A DNA stretch of 64,000 nt. It comes from Stegostoma tigrinum. Its lineage: Eukaryota. The stretch covers positions 64,092,835 through 64,156,834 of the forward strand of contig NC_081356.1 in NCBI RefSeq assembly GCF_030684315.1, given 5' to 3'. Below the pieces are notes generated by a model that searched no databases, was not told the origin of the DNA, and saw only the letters and a list, made by a program, of their open reading frames with translations. Positions 25,975-39,981 of this stretch are shown here, piece by piece. Each line of letters starts with the position of its first letter. The first letter of the stretch is position 1. A program made the position numbers and the translations under genes.

Positions 25975-26210
25975 AACACTGTTGCTTAATAGCACCAGGG
26001 TCTTGGTACGATTCCCGTCTTGGGTGATTGTCTAGCTGTCTGGAGTTTGCGTATTCTCCCTATGTCTGTGTGGGTTTCCTCTGGGTGCTCTGGTTTCCAA
26101 AGATATGCAGGTTAGGTGGGCTAGTCATGGCAAATGCAGGGATAAGGTAGGGAAATGAGTCTTAGTGGGATTTGTTTCAAAGGGTAAATGTGGACTTGAT
26201 GAACCGAATG
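25975..26210 (+). mobile_element. Decayed HE1-like SINE
   Basis: tggagtttgcgtattctccctatgtctgtgtgggtttcctctgggtgctc. Confidence 0.75.
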
Positions 26211-26849
26211 GTTCAATCTGTTTGAATGGGATGCTTTTGAGTTACCATAGTGAGTGAGAATGATCCTTGCCAAACACGTTCAGTCCTGGCCAAGATACCT
26301 TTACATCTGACCTGTGTCACGAGTGTGTCCGTACAAACCCTTGTGGAGAGAAACAAAACACTAGTGCAAATTACAGTATGATGAATTAATCATATTGAAA
26401 TTACACAAAGCAGAAACTTTGCATTTTAAAGAAATTTCCCTTCTACTTCAAGAGAAATTGGCAACGCCTGGTTCTGAGTTTTCTCCATTTACCATGGAAT
26501 GAATTGAATCTGGGTTAGATCATTTGTTCATTCTTCAATATCTATTTTCAGATACTAAAAATAGCTCCATGTAACTTGGACAATCCATTTGTGGATTGAT
26601 AACTTTCCTCCTGAAAATGTCTAACTCTTGGCAGAATAATAACACTTAAACACCATAGAAGGCAGCCTTCATTTTAAAGTTGGTGCATTTCTACATGTGA
26701 AATACTCCTGCAATTTCTCATCATCACTTTTCAGGACATTTATTCATGACATATGAATAATAAAATGGTCAGTTTGAGTTTCTTTAGTAAGTTCTCTGGC
26801 AGATAATAGCATATCATTTGTGTATATGTAGTAAGTTAGTGTAAAATTG

Positions 26850-27055
26850 TAGAATCCCGACACTGCAGGAATAGGCCATTTGGCCCATCAAGCCTACACC
26901 GACCCACAGAGCATTCCACCCAGACCCCAACCCCCACTTTATCCTAGTAAAATCCCTATTTACCATTGCTGATCCATCTAACTTGCACATCCCTGTACAC
27001 TCCGGGGCAATATCATGCACCCATTCCAGCTATGTACTGCACGTCTGTGGACTGC
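26850..27055 (-). mobile_element. HE1-like SINE 3' part
   Basis: Reverse HE1 tail. Confidence 0.65.
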
Positions 27056-27331
27056 AAGTGAATCATTATTCATGTAATATCTGGAAAGTAGATATTGTGC
27101 TGATTTATGAAAATTAATCTTCAAAAAAGTTTAATGTTTTAATTTGTCCTTCTTACTCAGAGAGCACTTTGTACCCTTGTCCTCCATTTCAGATGTAATG
27201 TAACTGTTACAACATGGAGAGAGACAGGCAAACCAAAGCGGCCTTTCTACCTCTGTATTTGCAACACAGTAAAATTAAACCACTGAAGACTCTCATTACT
27301 TTGACCAGTGGCTCCTAACTAGACTGAAGTT

Positions 27332-27458
27332 TCTGAGAAAGGGTTACCAGACCCGAAACGTTAACTCTGTTTTTTCCTCCACAGATGCTACCAGACCTGC
27401 TGAGCTTTTCCAGCAACTTTTTGTTTTTGTTCCTGATTTACAGCATCCGCAGTTCTTT
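27332..27458 (+). mobile_element. PLE 3' end (second Neptune-like subfamily), starting at the ribozyme motif
   Basis: ctgagaaagggttaccagacccgaaacg...cagcatccgcagttc; homologous to 49060-49224 and 36030-36160. Confidence 0.7.
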
Positions 27459-27519
27459 ACTTATTTTAACAAAAAACAAATCTGATGTCTATTTTCTAAA
27501 CCTGAAACATGCGCTTTCA

Positions 27520-27830
27520 TAGTATCCCTACAGTATGGAAGCAGGCTATTGAGCTCATCAAGTGCACCCTGACCCTCTGAAGACCATTCTACCCAGACTC
27601 ACCTCCACCCTATTCCTGTAACCCTGCATTTCCCATGGCTAATCCCACTGGACACCAAGGGCAATTTAACATGGCCAATCCACCTAACCGATACATCTTC
27701 GGATTGTAGGAGGTGTGGAAACCAGTACACCTGGAGGAAGCCCACGCAGGCAGTCACCCAATGGCGGAGTCAAACCCAGGTCCATGACATTGCGAAGCAG
27801 CAGTGCTAACCACCAAGCCACTGTGCCTGA
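27520..27830 (-). mobile_element. HE1-like V-SINE
   Basis: Reverse HE1 head (ggcacagtggcttggtggttagcactgctg) through tail. Confidence 0.85.
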
Positions 27831-27862
27831 CCGTTCACATGCAAGACAGATGGACAAACTTG

Positions 27863-28079
27863 GATAGCAAGAACTGCAGATGCTGGAGTCAGGGATAGTA
27901 CAGTGCGGATCTGCAGGAAGCAGGCCAGACAGCATCAGAAGAGCAGGAAAGTTGACATTTCGGGTTGGGACTCTTCTTCAGAAATAGGCCAGTTTCTGAA
28001 GAAGGATTCCGATCTGAAACATCAACTTTCCTGCTCTTCTGATGCTGCTTGGCCAGCTGTGTCCCTCCAGCTCTGTACT
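27863..28079. mobile_element. PLE-derived hairpin mini-element (older)
   Basis: Inverted Neptune 3' ends; the apex cttcagaaataggccagtttctgaag resembles that of 13978-14176. Confidence 0.8.
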
Positions 28080-30950
28080 AGACAACCAAACTGTTAAAGA
28101 ATGAATAAACAAAGATAACAAAACTGGCCACATTCCTTAAATGGCTGTCACAATGCAATGTTTCACAGGCATAGATGTGGACTGCACAGTTGCTTTTCTG
28201 GTGCTGACTGTCAGGATCACCTCATTCCATTCAGACAAGGCTAATAATACTTCCCATTCATCTTTCTGTGCTTCCCAAAGTTGGTGTAGCAGATTAAGCA
28301 GCGAGCTTTCAAATCTTCATGCTGTGTTGTCAGCAGCAAAGCTCATCTCTTTCAGAAAATACAGCTCAGACAAAACTCCAACTCTGGTTTTGCCCCGATA
28401 GATTGAATATCTTTTCCCAAGGCTTCAATTGCAATTCAGCATCAACCATCTGCTTGAACATGAGGTTCCTTTTAAATTTGCTTGAACTAATTTCCTGGTC
28501 CTGACCTCAGTAATAATCAACTTCCGCTATCTGTTTAAGTGCAATGCTCTTCCCAGGGTCAGTGTGTATGTAGGAGCTCTCTTAATCAAACTTGGCCTAC
28601 AGTACAGTTAACTTCTAGGTCTATTCTCACAAACAAACAAAGACTTAATGGTCTGTTCTTTTCCTTTTACGACAAGCTATTTCAAAAAGACCATAAATAA
28701 TCCTCAGCTTACAATTGCCAGTTCACAGCTCCATACAAAAATTGATAAAAGAATAAAAACAAAAATCAGTGACGATTCCAACACAAGTAACTTAACTCCA
28801 TTTACTGATCATCTTAACTGTACCTTCTCCTCCATTGGGAAAATTTTGTTCCCTCATACAGTTCCCATTGGCAATTTACAGAACATCTCATCAAGTTTGA
28901 CCTCAATACTAAATTGATCATGCATTAGAATATTGTTATTAGAAGAATAAATCCATTTCACACTGGTTGTATAAAGGAATGTGACTTGAGTATGGTAGTC
29001 TGTTGAGAAAATAGGCAGTTATATGAACAATGGAGGTAAAGTTTGAATCCCTGCTTTACATTTTTACTGTTGGTGCTGAAATTATGTTTTACACTCTTCA
29101 ACTTTCATTTTCCATATGCTGCTTTGTTTACTTTGTTGCTGAAGAAATTCTTGATCTTCCTGCTTGATAACATCAACTTCTGTTTCCATTTCGATGATAT
29201 GAATTTGAGGGTTACCAGGCTCCTGAAGTGTTTTAGATCGACCATGACCTGGAGTATTATTGCTTCCTCCGTTCCTGTGTCATTTGAAAATAGTGCTTTC
29301 CATTGTAATAGTAATATCTAAACTTCTAACGCACTTGTGTGATCCTAACTGCTGTGCCCTATATCTGCTGAAATTGAATGGACTTCCCCAGCTGGCTCAG
29401 GAAAAGAACTCCAGTGCAATCTCCATTTATCTCTTCTGGGCAATTTCGGCCTCCTTTCCATGTCAACTCAGTTCCTTCACTCTTTGTACTTTTAGAGATA
29501 TTTTTGGGAGACCTAATGTTGATGTTTAAGTTTGAAACATACTTAGCATAACAAAAGAGATTCTAAAAATAAAGAAACGTACTGTAACCATTTCATTTGG
29601 CATTGTCCCAAAATGCACCTCCTAGTGCAGTCTTATTTTTAGTTGTACCTTTTGTGTTCAGACCCTCAATAATTTCAGAATAGTTCATCAAGCTGGAGGT
29701 TCATGGATAAGCTGATTTTAAAAAGAGTACATCAAAAACGCGGCTACATTTTAGTGAGGAAAAAATCCTTATTTTTATCTTCATGTCTTTGTTACAGGTT
29801 GACTTCACTCATTCTCCTCAAATACACCTTTGACATTTTTTCATTGATGGACAGCGCTGAGTCACGTGCAACAATCTTTTCAAATTACTCAAATGTCCTC
29901 AGAATCAACTTATAGACTTCCACAAAGTGTCAGCATTCTTCAGCCCTTAATTTCTCATCAATGAAATTTTTAAAAAATTCCTTGTCTTCAGTGCCACTTT
30001 CTGTTGTGTATTGCATGGAGGAAACTCACTGTGTGTATGCCTAGCAGCTATTTTATATGAACTAAAAATATTCATACTTCCCAGCGGAAATTACAATATA
30101 ACAAAATGCTCAGATCTTGCCATCGATACAAATATTATTATGTGAAGTATTTAATTTTTCATTTCAAGAAATGTTCATTCCGCTGAACTATATATTCTCC
30201 TTGTTCTGTTCTTTTGCGATCATCTACATCGTTCCTTAGTGTGTTTGGTCCTTAATTTAGTATTGCTGTTTTTTTTGTGCCTTTGACATCATTATTGCCT
30301 AAATGGACCATGACGGGTTCTAGAGGCTCAGCTATTCACACATTGTTTGAAAAAAAAAGTTGATTTACCTCTATACTTTGTTCTCTGTGCCATTGCCACT
30401 TCTTCGTGTAATCACATTAATATTGCATATTTTTGTTTTTAAGAGTCTGATTGTACTTTGACTTAATTTCATACATTTTGGAGCCACAACTTTTCCCCTT
30501 TAGTAATATACTATGTGATGGTTTCTCCAAAAAAAAAGGTTGAGCTATCTTTACAAATCCATGCTAACTCCATTCAGCTGTTTGTTCTGGACTCTGGGTG
30601 CTCACAGTGCAATCAAGGAAAGACTGTCAGGCCTGTAATTTTCTGATTCATTCCTTCCTGCACTCTTGAGCAGAGATGGAGCATTTAAAGATTAAGGACA
30701 GGCTTTGGATGCATGTAATTTAAGAATGAGAAATAGATGAACTTTCTTCAAAAGCAACTTTATAATGAGATTAGAAGAAAAACTTACGACCCGGTAACAA
30801 CAGTGACTGTTTTATTGGTTAAAGAAACGTTAGGCTTCATCTTACAACTAAGGCATTTCAGCTTAATCCTCCTGTAATATCTTAAAATGACAGAGGTACG
30901 CAGCAAATATTTTGGAGTTTATATCAGTGTGAAATAGTTTTTTGTTTCAG

Positions 30951-31089
30951 ATGGAAGTATTTGGAACACACTGTTCTTGTTTTGTTCCTGACTACTTTTG
31001 GATGTGCTACAGCTGGACTGCTACATAACTGCAAGTTCTCCAGCAGACACAGTGAGAAACCAGAGATGTCAAGAATAAAGATGTGGTGA
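30951..31089 (+). CDS. Probable last coding exon: (R)WKYLEHTVLVLFLTTFGCATAGLLHNCKFSSRHSEKPEMSRIKMW*
   Basis: Strong acceptor ttttttgtttcag; continues exon 9252-9321 in frame; second TM-like segment; TGA at 31087-31089; followed by repeat-poor AT-rich sequence. Confidence 0.65.
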
Positions 31090-32119
31090 ATTCTTTTGAA
31101 TTAAGGGCTTTCTGCACTGGTTCCAAATTCAGCTTCTATTTCCTAACAATTTCGAGCATGAAATTTAAAATTTCACAATACATAGATTTTCCAAATGTAT
31201 TGTAAGAACTGAAACAAATTAGCACTATAAATGCTATCATGAAAAGAACATAGTAGTTACAAAGTAAATTCTTGGTAAGTACAGGGTATTCTGAAATTAT
31301 GAACTCAATTGTCTAAAATTTTTTTTAAAGAGAAAAGAATACTTTAGAAAATGTCTTTCTTATAAGATGAGGTCATTTGTTAATTTTGATAGTAGAAACA
31401 ATGGAAAAGTTAGGGACAATTGCTGATCACCTCTTTTGTGGTATGTAGATTTGCCGTTATTGTCTCCTGTTCAACCCCTCCAGTGATTCAGTTGAAAATA
31501 TGAATTTGTCATATTGAGCAATGTGTTTTGAATTTCAGTCATTTAGTGGTGTTTTATAACCACGTGTTCAAATGGGCAATCCTCTAATTGTAGCTGGGGT
31601 CTGCATTCAGTATTTTGTCTACTGAGCAAGACAACAGTTGATGTACCAGCATGCTTCTTTCTTCTGTGCTAAGGAAGAAGGGATGAATGGAATTTTGCAA
31701 TACTGTGTTCTGTGGTTTTCCAATGAGAATTGTATATTTGACCTTTGAAACTGTGTACCTTGGACATTTGCCTGTGATTTGTGGTTCTTTTAAATAGACC
31801 GTTCGTCCTAAATATTTGTGATATGTATGTGAGATGAAGATCACCATAATGTTAAAAGATAATCCAGCCGTTTTCGGAATGGAAATCTGGAAAACGTGCA
31901 CATATTTTTTTAACCTAAGATATTTTAGCTGTTGTTTGTGAAAATGAGAATACCGGTTTAGTATGCAGAAATTTTTGTGTGGAGTTTGATTACATGCCAA
32001 GGATTTTGTGCGAATCATACAGAAATTAGTGTCGTATGGCTCAAGAATAACTTTTCCTGGACCCATTTCAGAAACTTTAGTGTATTCTAGCTGATAGTTC
32101 TGTGCAGCTCTGAGGAAGT

Positions 32120-32420
32120 GTTTCACCATCTAGAATGCTTCCTTTTGAATATTAAATTAAGATGTAGCTGTTTAAAGTGTATGTAAAAGATTCCACAGTA
32201 CTATTCATTGAAGAGCCAGATGAGTTCTTCCTGGCCAAAGTACGTGCATTAGCCAGTGTAAATGAATGGACGTTAATTACCCATAAATCTCGTGTTTGTG
32301 GACCTTGTATGCCAATTGCCTACATAGCAACGATTCAAACCAATCCATTAGTGTGAAAGTCTTTGGGATCTCCAGAAGAAATGAAAGGCGCAATATAAAT
32401 GCAATTGTTCATTCCTTCTT
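32120..32420 (+). mobile_element. Deu-domain SINE (SacSINE1-like), decayed
   Basis: Deu-like core tgtaaaagattccacagtactattc..gaagagc and tail ctttgggat...gaaaggcgcaatataaatgcaa. Confidence 0.6.
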
Positions 32421-35400
32421 TTAGCTGTTATTCATAAGCTGATGATTTCCCCATATAGGTGATTAATCAGCCCAGGCTTCAGTGCAAATAAAACAGCATT
32501 CAAGCTGAAACACAGAATATTGTCCAAAGAGGCAAACTACTCCAACATGGATGCTCTTGACTGAAAGACCAGGACTTCTGCCAAGGTATTGTTACATAAT
32601 ATTACAATTAAAAATCTCAGGCTTTCCAAAAAGTCTACACTAAGAAGTTCCTGGATCTTTTTGGGGGTGGGTGGGAAATAAGTCTTTGGACAAGACTTTG
32701 AAAAGCTTCAGAGTACCAACAGAGTTTTAAACTCATCCTAAACATTGTTCCGACGGCTTGACCTCACTAAATCTAAAGCATGACCTATTGTTTTGGAATT
32801 AGCATAGGGCCGATATGTTGTTTTAAGCTCAGAGTCATGAGAAAAATATGAAGGAAAGTAGGGCAACAAAAAAGCAACTTATTGCAAGCCCTCACTAAAG
32901 GCTTTGGCACATCTGGCTTTGGTTGAAGTGGAAATTTGAGTGTGGATTTACATATTTTGGAAAATATTTAACGTGACAGTTTTTAGTTTGAGAAGTCTGG
33001 AAATCTAGCAAAAGAGTTATTTTGTCAGGGATTTCCCCCCGTATTTGCAAGAGCAGTTCCCTGAAGAGCGTTTGAAGTTGATGATCTCGGGTGCTCTTTC
33101 CATGTGGAAGGAGTATCACAGATCACAAGGAGACATGCTGCTTGTCATGCTAGGAATTTGTAAATTGTTGCACTTGCATTTTCTTAGATTGTGGATAGAT
33201 GTCAAATTTAAGGTGTATATTTACCAGAAGGGTTGTTCATGCACTTTTTCTAGCAAATAAATAGCTAAAATATCTGTTCATTTTTGTAAAGTCCAGTGTT
33301 CAAGGAAGCCACATGCTTTATCCTCTTTATCCTGTAAGGCTTGGAAATACTGCATTCCACGTGTTATTTGGCTTTCTGGTTAAACCAGTTGAGAAATTCA
33401 GTCAATTGAGACCATTATGGTAATCTGTTGGCTGAATGGTATCTCATTCTTGAGACTGTGTGTCTCTGAACATTGGACAGCACCTACGAACTCAGGCACT
33501 TGTCGTTCCTCCATGTTTGATTTGGCTACAAAAGAATTTGAATCACTAGTCTTTCTTGTTTCCCCTGCAGAATTAAGACTTTAAATCTTGAGGCCACCAG
33601 CATCTAAATACTAAGAGGCTAGAATAATTTAAAACTTTCTGTCAGATTGAGCAGTTTTGAGTCCACATTTGACATTTTCACCAAACATTGTCGTGGACTG
33701 TAATGTATTTCAGGAAATAATGCTGTCAAATGTTTAACAGATATCTTTGAAATTGCCTGTAGCAAAGAAATCTCATCTGATCAGACAGTTTTATTACTAA
33801 GATGATGCCAGAGAGCACGAGTAATCATTTCAAGCCTGTTCTGATTTCATTGAATAGCAAAGGGTTGATTTTCTGCCTCAATTCCTGTAACGTAGTCTGT
33901 TATAAGCAGAAGTTAATCAAATTGAGATTGTAAGACAATGATGGATTGCAGAGGAGGCATTTGAAAATTGCAGCACTTGAATATATTTTCAGTGAGGTGA
34001 AATCTCTTCAAGTTAGAATGCATTGCTTTGCACTTAGTCCTCGAATTGTTAAGATGTAAGACAGAAAGTTCGGAAAGCTTTGACAGTGACAGTATTATGA
34101 GTCAGTCAGTATCCTATAAGATTGTACTTGATATAATATGTGTGCTGAACTTCATTATTTCAATGTCAGTTGAGAATCGTTTGTGTTTGTGTAATGGCAA
34201 GTCCAGAATGATTTTGCAGATTCAAATCTCTGAAATCCCCACAATATTCTTGTACTATTTTTTTACACTTCTCTTTGTATCAAAGTCTAAAGAATGACAA
34301 ATAAAATTATAAAATATTGATTCTAAAATTTCCATATGGTTCATTTACACACAAGTTGCCAAAAGTCTGCCTGTTCTGTTTTCACATTTTGTAATTGAGT
34401 ACTTAGATTTTCGAGATGACAAAGTAACAGAAGAACCAATCTCCTAAAAGAGCACTGATGCAGAGATTTCAGTCATAGATGAGGTCTTTTTGCATTTAAA
34501 AAGTAATTTTGTGTTAAAAAGTAAAAGGAAGCTGGATGGTATGAAGTTATAAAGTTGTGTTAGTTGTTACAGTGAATTGTTGTATAGTGACATTTTTTAA
34601 GTCACTATTGGTCTTGATTCTGAGTTTGTAGCCTTGAATGCTTTTAACTTAAAAAATGTTGCTATGTTGTGAAATTGAAAAAAGCACATCAATAGACAAT
34701 ATCTAGAGGCATAAAGGGAAACGGAGCAAAGACCCTATTTGGCTATAGAGTTAGATCACAGATCAGCCATAATATTATTGCATAGTGGAACAAGTTGAGG
34801 ACGTAAATGTTCTGTTTATATTTTTGGAAGTAATACATTTGGAAATTGTAATTATTGGATTTATGAACATTGCTAAATTTGTGATTTGAGGATACAATCA
34901 AGATCAGTGCAATCTACCAACCTATACTAGTTGTAGAAGACACGAAAAATGAAGATTATCAATTGAGTTTAAATCCTGGTGATACAGGATTGTGAGTGTA
35001 CACTAAACAAAAACACATACAATTGATATTTTGTTCTACATTCTTTTTCACTCATTCAGTTTAGATACAAACAGGCATAAAGAAATGGTGCGAAAATACA
35101 GGTAGTATTCTGCAGAAACTCCTATGATTCTGAACTGTAATTGAGGCAGTTAAATTTAGAGAATACATGTCGGTTGCTTTTTAAGCATTTACCCAAGATA
35201 GCAACATCGTAAGTCTGTACTATTTTGGCCCACACTATTGCCTAAGAACATGAAGAGCAATCTGTAAATTTTCTTCCACAAGCTGATAGTATTATCATAA
35301 TACTATTATCAATGTCTGTTTCAGTTGGTCTGGACTGTTTTGGTCAGTCTGTTTGGTGAGGAGTGTCTGATGCATGTAGAGACAAGGGATGTGTGGAGGA

Positions 35401-36029
35401 TTGTACATGTGACGCATGTGTGACTTCTAATAGCTGGTAGCTAGGGTTTTGTGTGGTATTGAAAAGACCATAAGGTCAGCGGAGCCCAGTGATAAAATTA
35501 CCCTGGTTGAGGATAATATTTCTGCGATGGCTGGAAGAATTGGGAAGGGAATGGTGTGCGAAATAGCATGATGATAAAGATGAAATGGCGTCGTGGATGG
35601 AAAGCACGAAAGGGATGAATGGGATTGAATAATTGATGACAAAATGGCAGGACAATTATGTAACACAACTTGATAGTTGAAAACTAATCTTTACGCTCAT
35701 AATTAATGTTGCCATACATTAGATTTTGATTGAAAATGTTTCAGTAAAGCTGCCAGGTAAATTACTGGAATCATCAGTGTTGATTATATAGATAAAGATG
35801 TTGGTAACGGTCTGTATTCACCAGCATTTCCATCCAGCCAAGCTCGGATTCAGGGAAGAAGTGACTGCAATGTTGTGGCAAAGCTTGAACTGGGACTTTG
35901 TCATTGAATAAGATTGGTAGTTAGAAAGTGGATTCCTTTGCTAGATGTTGAAATTGTAAAAGCAAACTTGCTTGTTGTTCAAGTAATATCGATTCCATCA
36001 GTTGTAAACTTGCCTTTCAACTTGGGAGA

Positions 36030-36160
36030 AAACTGAAAAGAACTGTGGGTGCTGTAAATAAGAAACAAAGACAGAATTTGCTGGAAAAACTTAGCAGCCC
36101 TGGCAGCATCTGTGGAGAGAAATCAAAATTAATGTTAGAGTCCTGTGACTCTTTCTCAGA
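36030..36160 (-). mobile_element. PLE 3' end (second subfamily)
   Basis: Reverse complement of 27332-27458. Confidence 0.7.
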
Positions 36161-38009
36161 AAACATGCCTAATTAGGTTTTCATATTCTATGACTTTAAA
36201 GAAGTTACAAGGTTAGGCTCTTAACATCATTTGTGTTTCTATCCCTAGCCCTGTTTTACATGTGGATAGATGTATTTTTTTCAGAGTGAGAAGTTTTGAA
36301 TGTCTTTGTTGGAAATGTTTATATGTTGCAATAACGGTACTAATTTGACCACTTTTTTTTTTGCAAGTATTGACTAGTTTTAACTATGTAGACGTTTGAA
36401 ATTCCCTCGGTCGAGATTTGGCTGGAAGTGGAATTAACCTAGCTTCCTCCTTTATCCTTACATGAATATTCAGATGGGCCACCATATGGGCTAACTGAGA
36501 GCTGGCTGTTGGCATGATTTATTGAGATGTCCTTTCATTGTATGTTTAAATTAGAAGCTTTTTATAGTATGAATGCAATTTTTTAAAACTCAGATTTTGT
36601 GGGTGTAATAACAGTTAGACTATCAGCACTTACTGATATTTAGGAATAAACCAGGTAGCAGCTTCCAGCATCCACACCTGCAAGTAAATGCTGAAATCAG
36701 GAAATTGCTGTTAGGCTTGGCCATTTCCCCAGACTTTGCTACACTAGCACCTCCCTGAGAGAGTTTATGTACTCAAGTGTAAATATATTTTTTAATCCCA
36801 TGAGTTTGAATTACCAAACAATATCTGCGCTGAAATTTGAGTGGAACTTCATTCCTTCAAGTTTTAATTATGGAGATCTTATTTTGAAAATTGTCTCCTC
36901 TTCCTTTCCCTTAGTGTTAACCTCACTTATTTTGTTGCTTTGTTTTGCTTTTATTTCCAATGTACAGATGAGAATATTACAAACAATGTACCTTAAGCTC
37001 TAAATGTCTTGCAATGCAGTATTTTGTCATGTGTAGGTGATTAATTCAAAATTTGTGTTTATAGGTGATGTAGGAGGGCTAGTTTGGTGACTTATTAAAA
37101 CTCAGGAATTTCTCTGTGTAAGTGAATGAGCATAAATCAAGTATGACTTTAAATAGACAGAATATATTGTTACAAGACAAAATATGAAGACTTACAATTT
37201 TTAATTATATTTTACAGCCATACTAGGACATGTATTTTACAGCTAGCAAGTTGCTCGTTGCCTTGGTTTGTTGCCAGCTCCTACAAGATTTTACTGCCAG
37301 ATTGCTAGTTGACAGATTTGGTAGCGCAGCATGAAATATAATCACTCCACATGAATCTATGCTTCATTTCACTTCAAGGTCTGTTGTACGTATACTGCAA
37401 CAGACGTGTAATTGAAATAGCTGAACCACAAGGACATTAGTAATGCCACCATGTCATAGCAGCTGAGCATGCACAGTTATCTCCCATTAGTGCACGTGAA
37501 GTCTCATGGCACACATTTGCAGAAGTGTCACTGCTTGAGCTTACCCATCAGTGATTCTGGATTTGCTATCTATTTGTAAGTCAATGCAGACATAAATTAA
37601 TAATCACCTCTTTCCTCAAATAGGTTCATCTTATGATGGAAAGTTGAAAACTACATAAGAATGGATCACTGATTCAAGATACAGATATGTCATTCAGCAC
37701 TGCCACTTATATATTGTTTTCAATGGTTTGTGAAGCTGACCTTAAATCGGATTTTGCCATTTTAGAGGAAAGACTAAAATCTCTGAATGTTTTGGAGACG
37801 GAATGGTAAATTAAACATAAGTGATTGATTTGGAAAAAAGTCAGAGGGAAAAGCCACTCAAATTTCCCATTATTTGCCACAAACCTGCCTGGAGATGCAT
37901 TCAGTGCATGTAAGCATTCTTAATGAATCGGGCATGCTCCCGTTGCAGATCTACCACACACATTTCTGGAGTTGACTTACGGAAGAGAAATAAAGAATGT
38001 GAAATTTAA

Positions 38010-38570
38010 AATGTAAAAGCAAACTGTGGCAGGACCTGGAAATCTGAACCAGAAGTGCTGAAAATGGGCAAACACAGAAGTCAGATTTCAGCATCAGTGG
38101 AGTAAACCAAGATTTGAACATTCTAGGCATTGTTTCTCATCAGGATCCAAAAGTATTACACATGAGCAGCTTGTAAGGTATGTAGTGAGGGAAAGGAGAA
38201 AGGGCAACAAAGTGCCAAAAAATGGGGGGGAAAAAAACAGCTGTAAAGCAGTTTGGTGGAGAACTGGATATTGTTAATTGACAGAAGTGATAATAGTGTG
38301 AGGCAAAAGGAGATATGATGAGTACATAGAGAAATAAGAGATCAGAGAATGTGTGAATAATTAAAGTAGGCCGGTTAAATTAGGTTGGTTATTGAAAACC
38401 TGGCAAAGGCCTCAGTGGTCCAAGACTCTGGAAGGGAAGAAAGCACTATTGAAGACTAGTTTAAGATCAGTTGCAAAATATCTTGGTGGGAAAAAAGCAT
38501 TTTTGTTTCTCCAAACTGTATTGAGCCTCATTGGGACAGCATAGAATTACAAGTATGCTAGAGCAGGATA
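38010..38570 (-). mobile_element. Very old PLE 3' fragment
   Basis: Layout and degenerate similarity to 10155-10660. Confidence 0.4.
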
Positions 38571-38668
38571 GATAATTAAACCAAGAGGAAGCTCAAGATT
38601 ACACTTGGGAATGAAATGCAGGCATTTTGCGTACCAATCCATAATATTTTGTTGAAACCAACAACCTT

Positions 38669-39232
38669 GGATAACAAGGTGTAGAGGTGGATGAACACAA
38701 CAGGTGAAGCACCATCAGAGGAGCAGGAAGGCTGGCATTTCGGGCCTAGACCCTTCAGAAATGGGAGAGGGGAAGGGGGTTCTGAAATAAATAGGGAGAG
38801 AGAGGGAGGCGGATAGAAGATGGATAGAGGTGAAGATAGGTGGAGTGGAATCAGACCGGTCAAAGGAGGCGGGGATGAAGCCAGTAAAGGTGAGTGTAGG
38901 TAGGGAGGAGATGTCAGTTCAGGGAGGATGGACAGGTCAAGGAGGTGGGATGAGTTAGAAGGTAGGAGATGGAGATGGGGCGTGAGTTGGGAGGAAGGAC
39001 AAGTTAGGGAGGCAGGGACGAGCTGGGCTGGTTTTGGGATGCGATAGGGGGAGGGGAGATTTTGAAGTTTGTGAAGTCCACATTGATACCATTGGGCTGC
39101 AGGGTTCCCAAGCGGAATATGAGTTGCTGTTCCTGCAACCTTCGAGTGGCATCGTTGTGGCACTGCACGAAGCCCAGGATGGACATGTCTGAGGAATGGG
39201 AAGGGGGTAGTTGAAATGGTTCGGAACTGGGA
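38669..39232 (-). mobile_element. Neptune-type PLE 3' fragment
   Basis: ATRRLQEQQLIFRLGTLQPNGINVDF and the same 3' UTR as the 39979-42232 copy. Confidence 0.92.
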
Positions 39233-39981
39233 ACCATTGTGAAATTTAAAATGAAATTTCACCCAGTCGTGGTTGGTCCTATTAAAATAGAATGTATTGT
39301 TGGGGCAGGAAGTGACTTGGGTGGTTGGAGTGAGATCTTTTTTTTTTCTCTTTGCCATGCTCTGTTCCTCAGGCTTCTTTTGATAAAGGGTAATGTCTGT
39401 AATATTGAATATTTGCCTCTTTCCACGGAGGCTGTGCCTAGTTTGTGGTACTAGCTTACCTCCACCTAATTTTCTTGTATAATTTGTATTTTCAAGAGTC
39501 CCCTGATCAATTTAAGGACCAATAACAAATATTAATCATCATTCAGAGTTAGGAAAAAAAGTAGAGTACTGTGCCAGTACACACTAACCTTCGAGCTCTG
39601 ATCATTAGTCAAAGGCTGACTTGGATCTCTCACCATGAGCATTGTTCATTAGACAGAAGAATACAACTGACTTGTACATAATTTTCAACAATTTGTAATA
39701 GCCTTTCATCAGAGTGGCTAATGCTACAACAATTAGGTGCTTAGATTTTTCTGTTGCTTAAAGGCTACGAATTTCATGGCAAGCCCCATAAGAGCAGTTT
39801 GTGTGAAAATAATTGTCAGTCTGCATGATATCTTTTGACATCCCATGCTTGTTTTTTCAGTTTCCCAATGCTCATCCTGTTTGCCTCTTTTATTCCTTGT
39901 TGATTTTTTTCTTTTCAGATCAATTATTTTTCCCTCAAGGAGTTTTCTCTCCTAACTTTACAAATAGGAACAGAGTGCGCA

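Noticed and set aside
28090-29560. Possible LTR/gag remnant on the minus strand (similar impressions at 1210-1860, 6800-7200, 25380-25850 and 58020-58530)
   Set aside because: No diagnostic motif that I can verify by eye
29799-29915. Good acceptor plus a 38-codon frame compatible with exon 9252-9321
   Set aside because: Peptide is featureless; cannot be distinguished from chance without RNA data
31584-32129. 181-aa minus-strand ORF
   Set aside because: No recognisable motif; antisense to the presumed 3' UTR; probably chance
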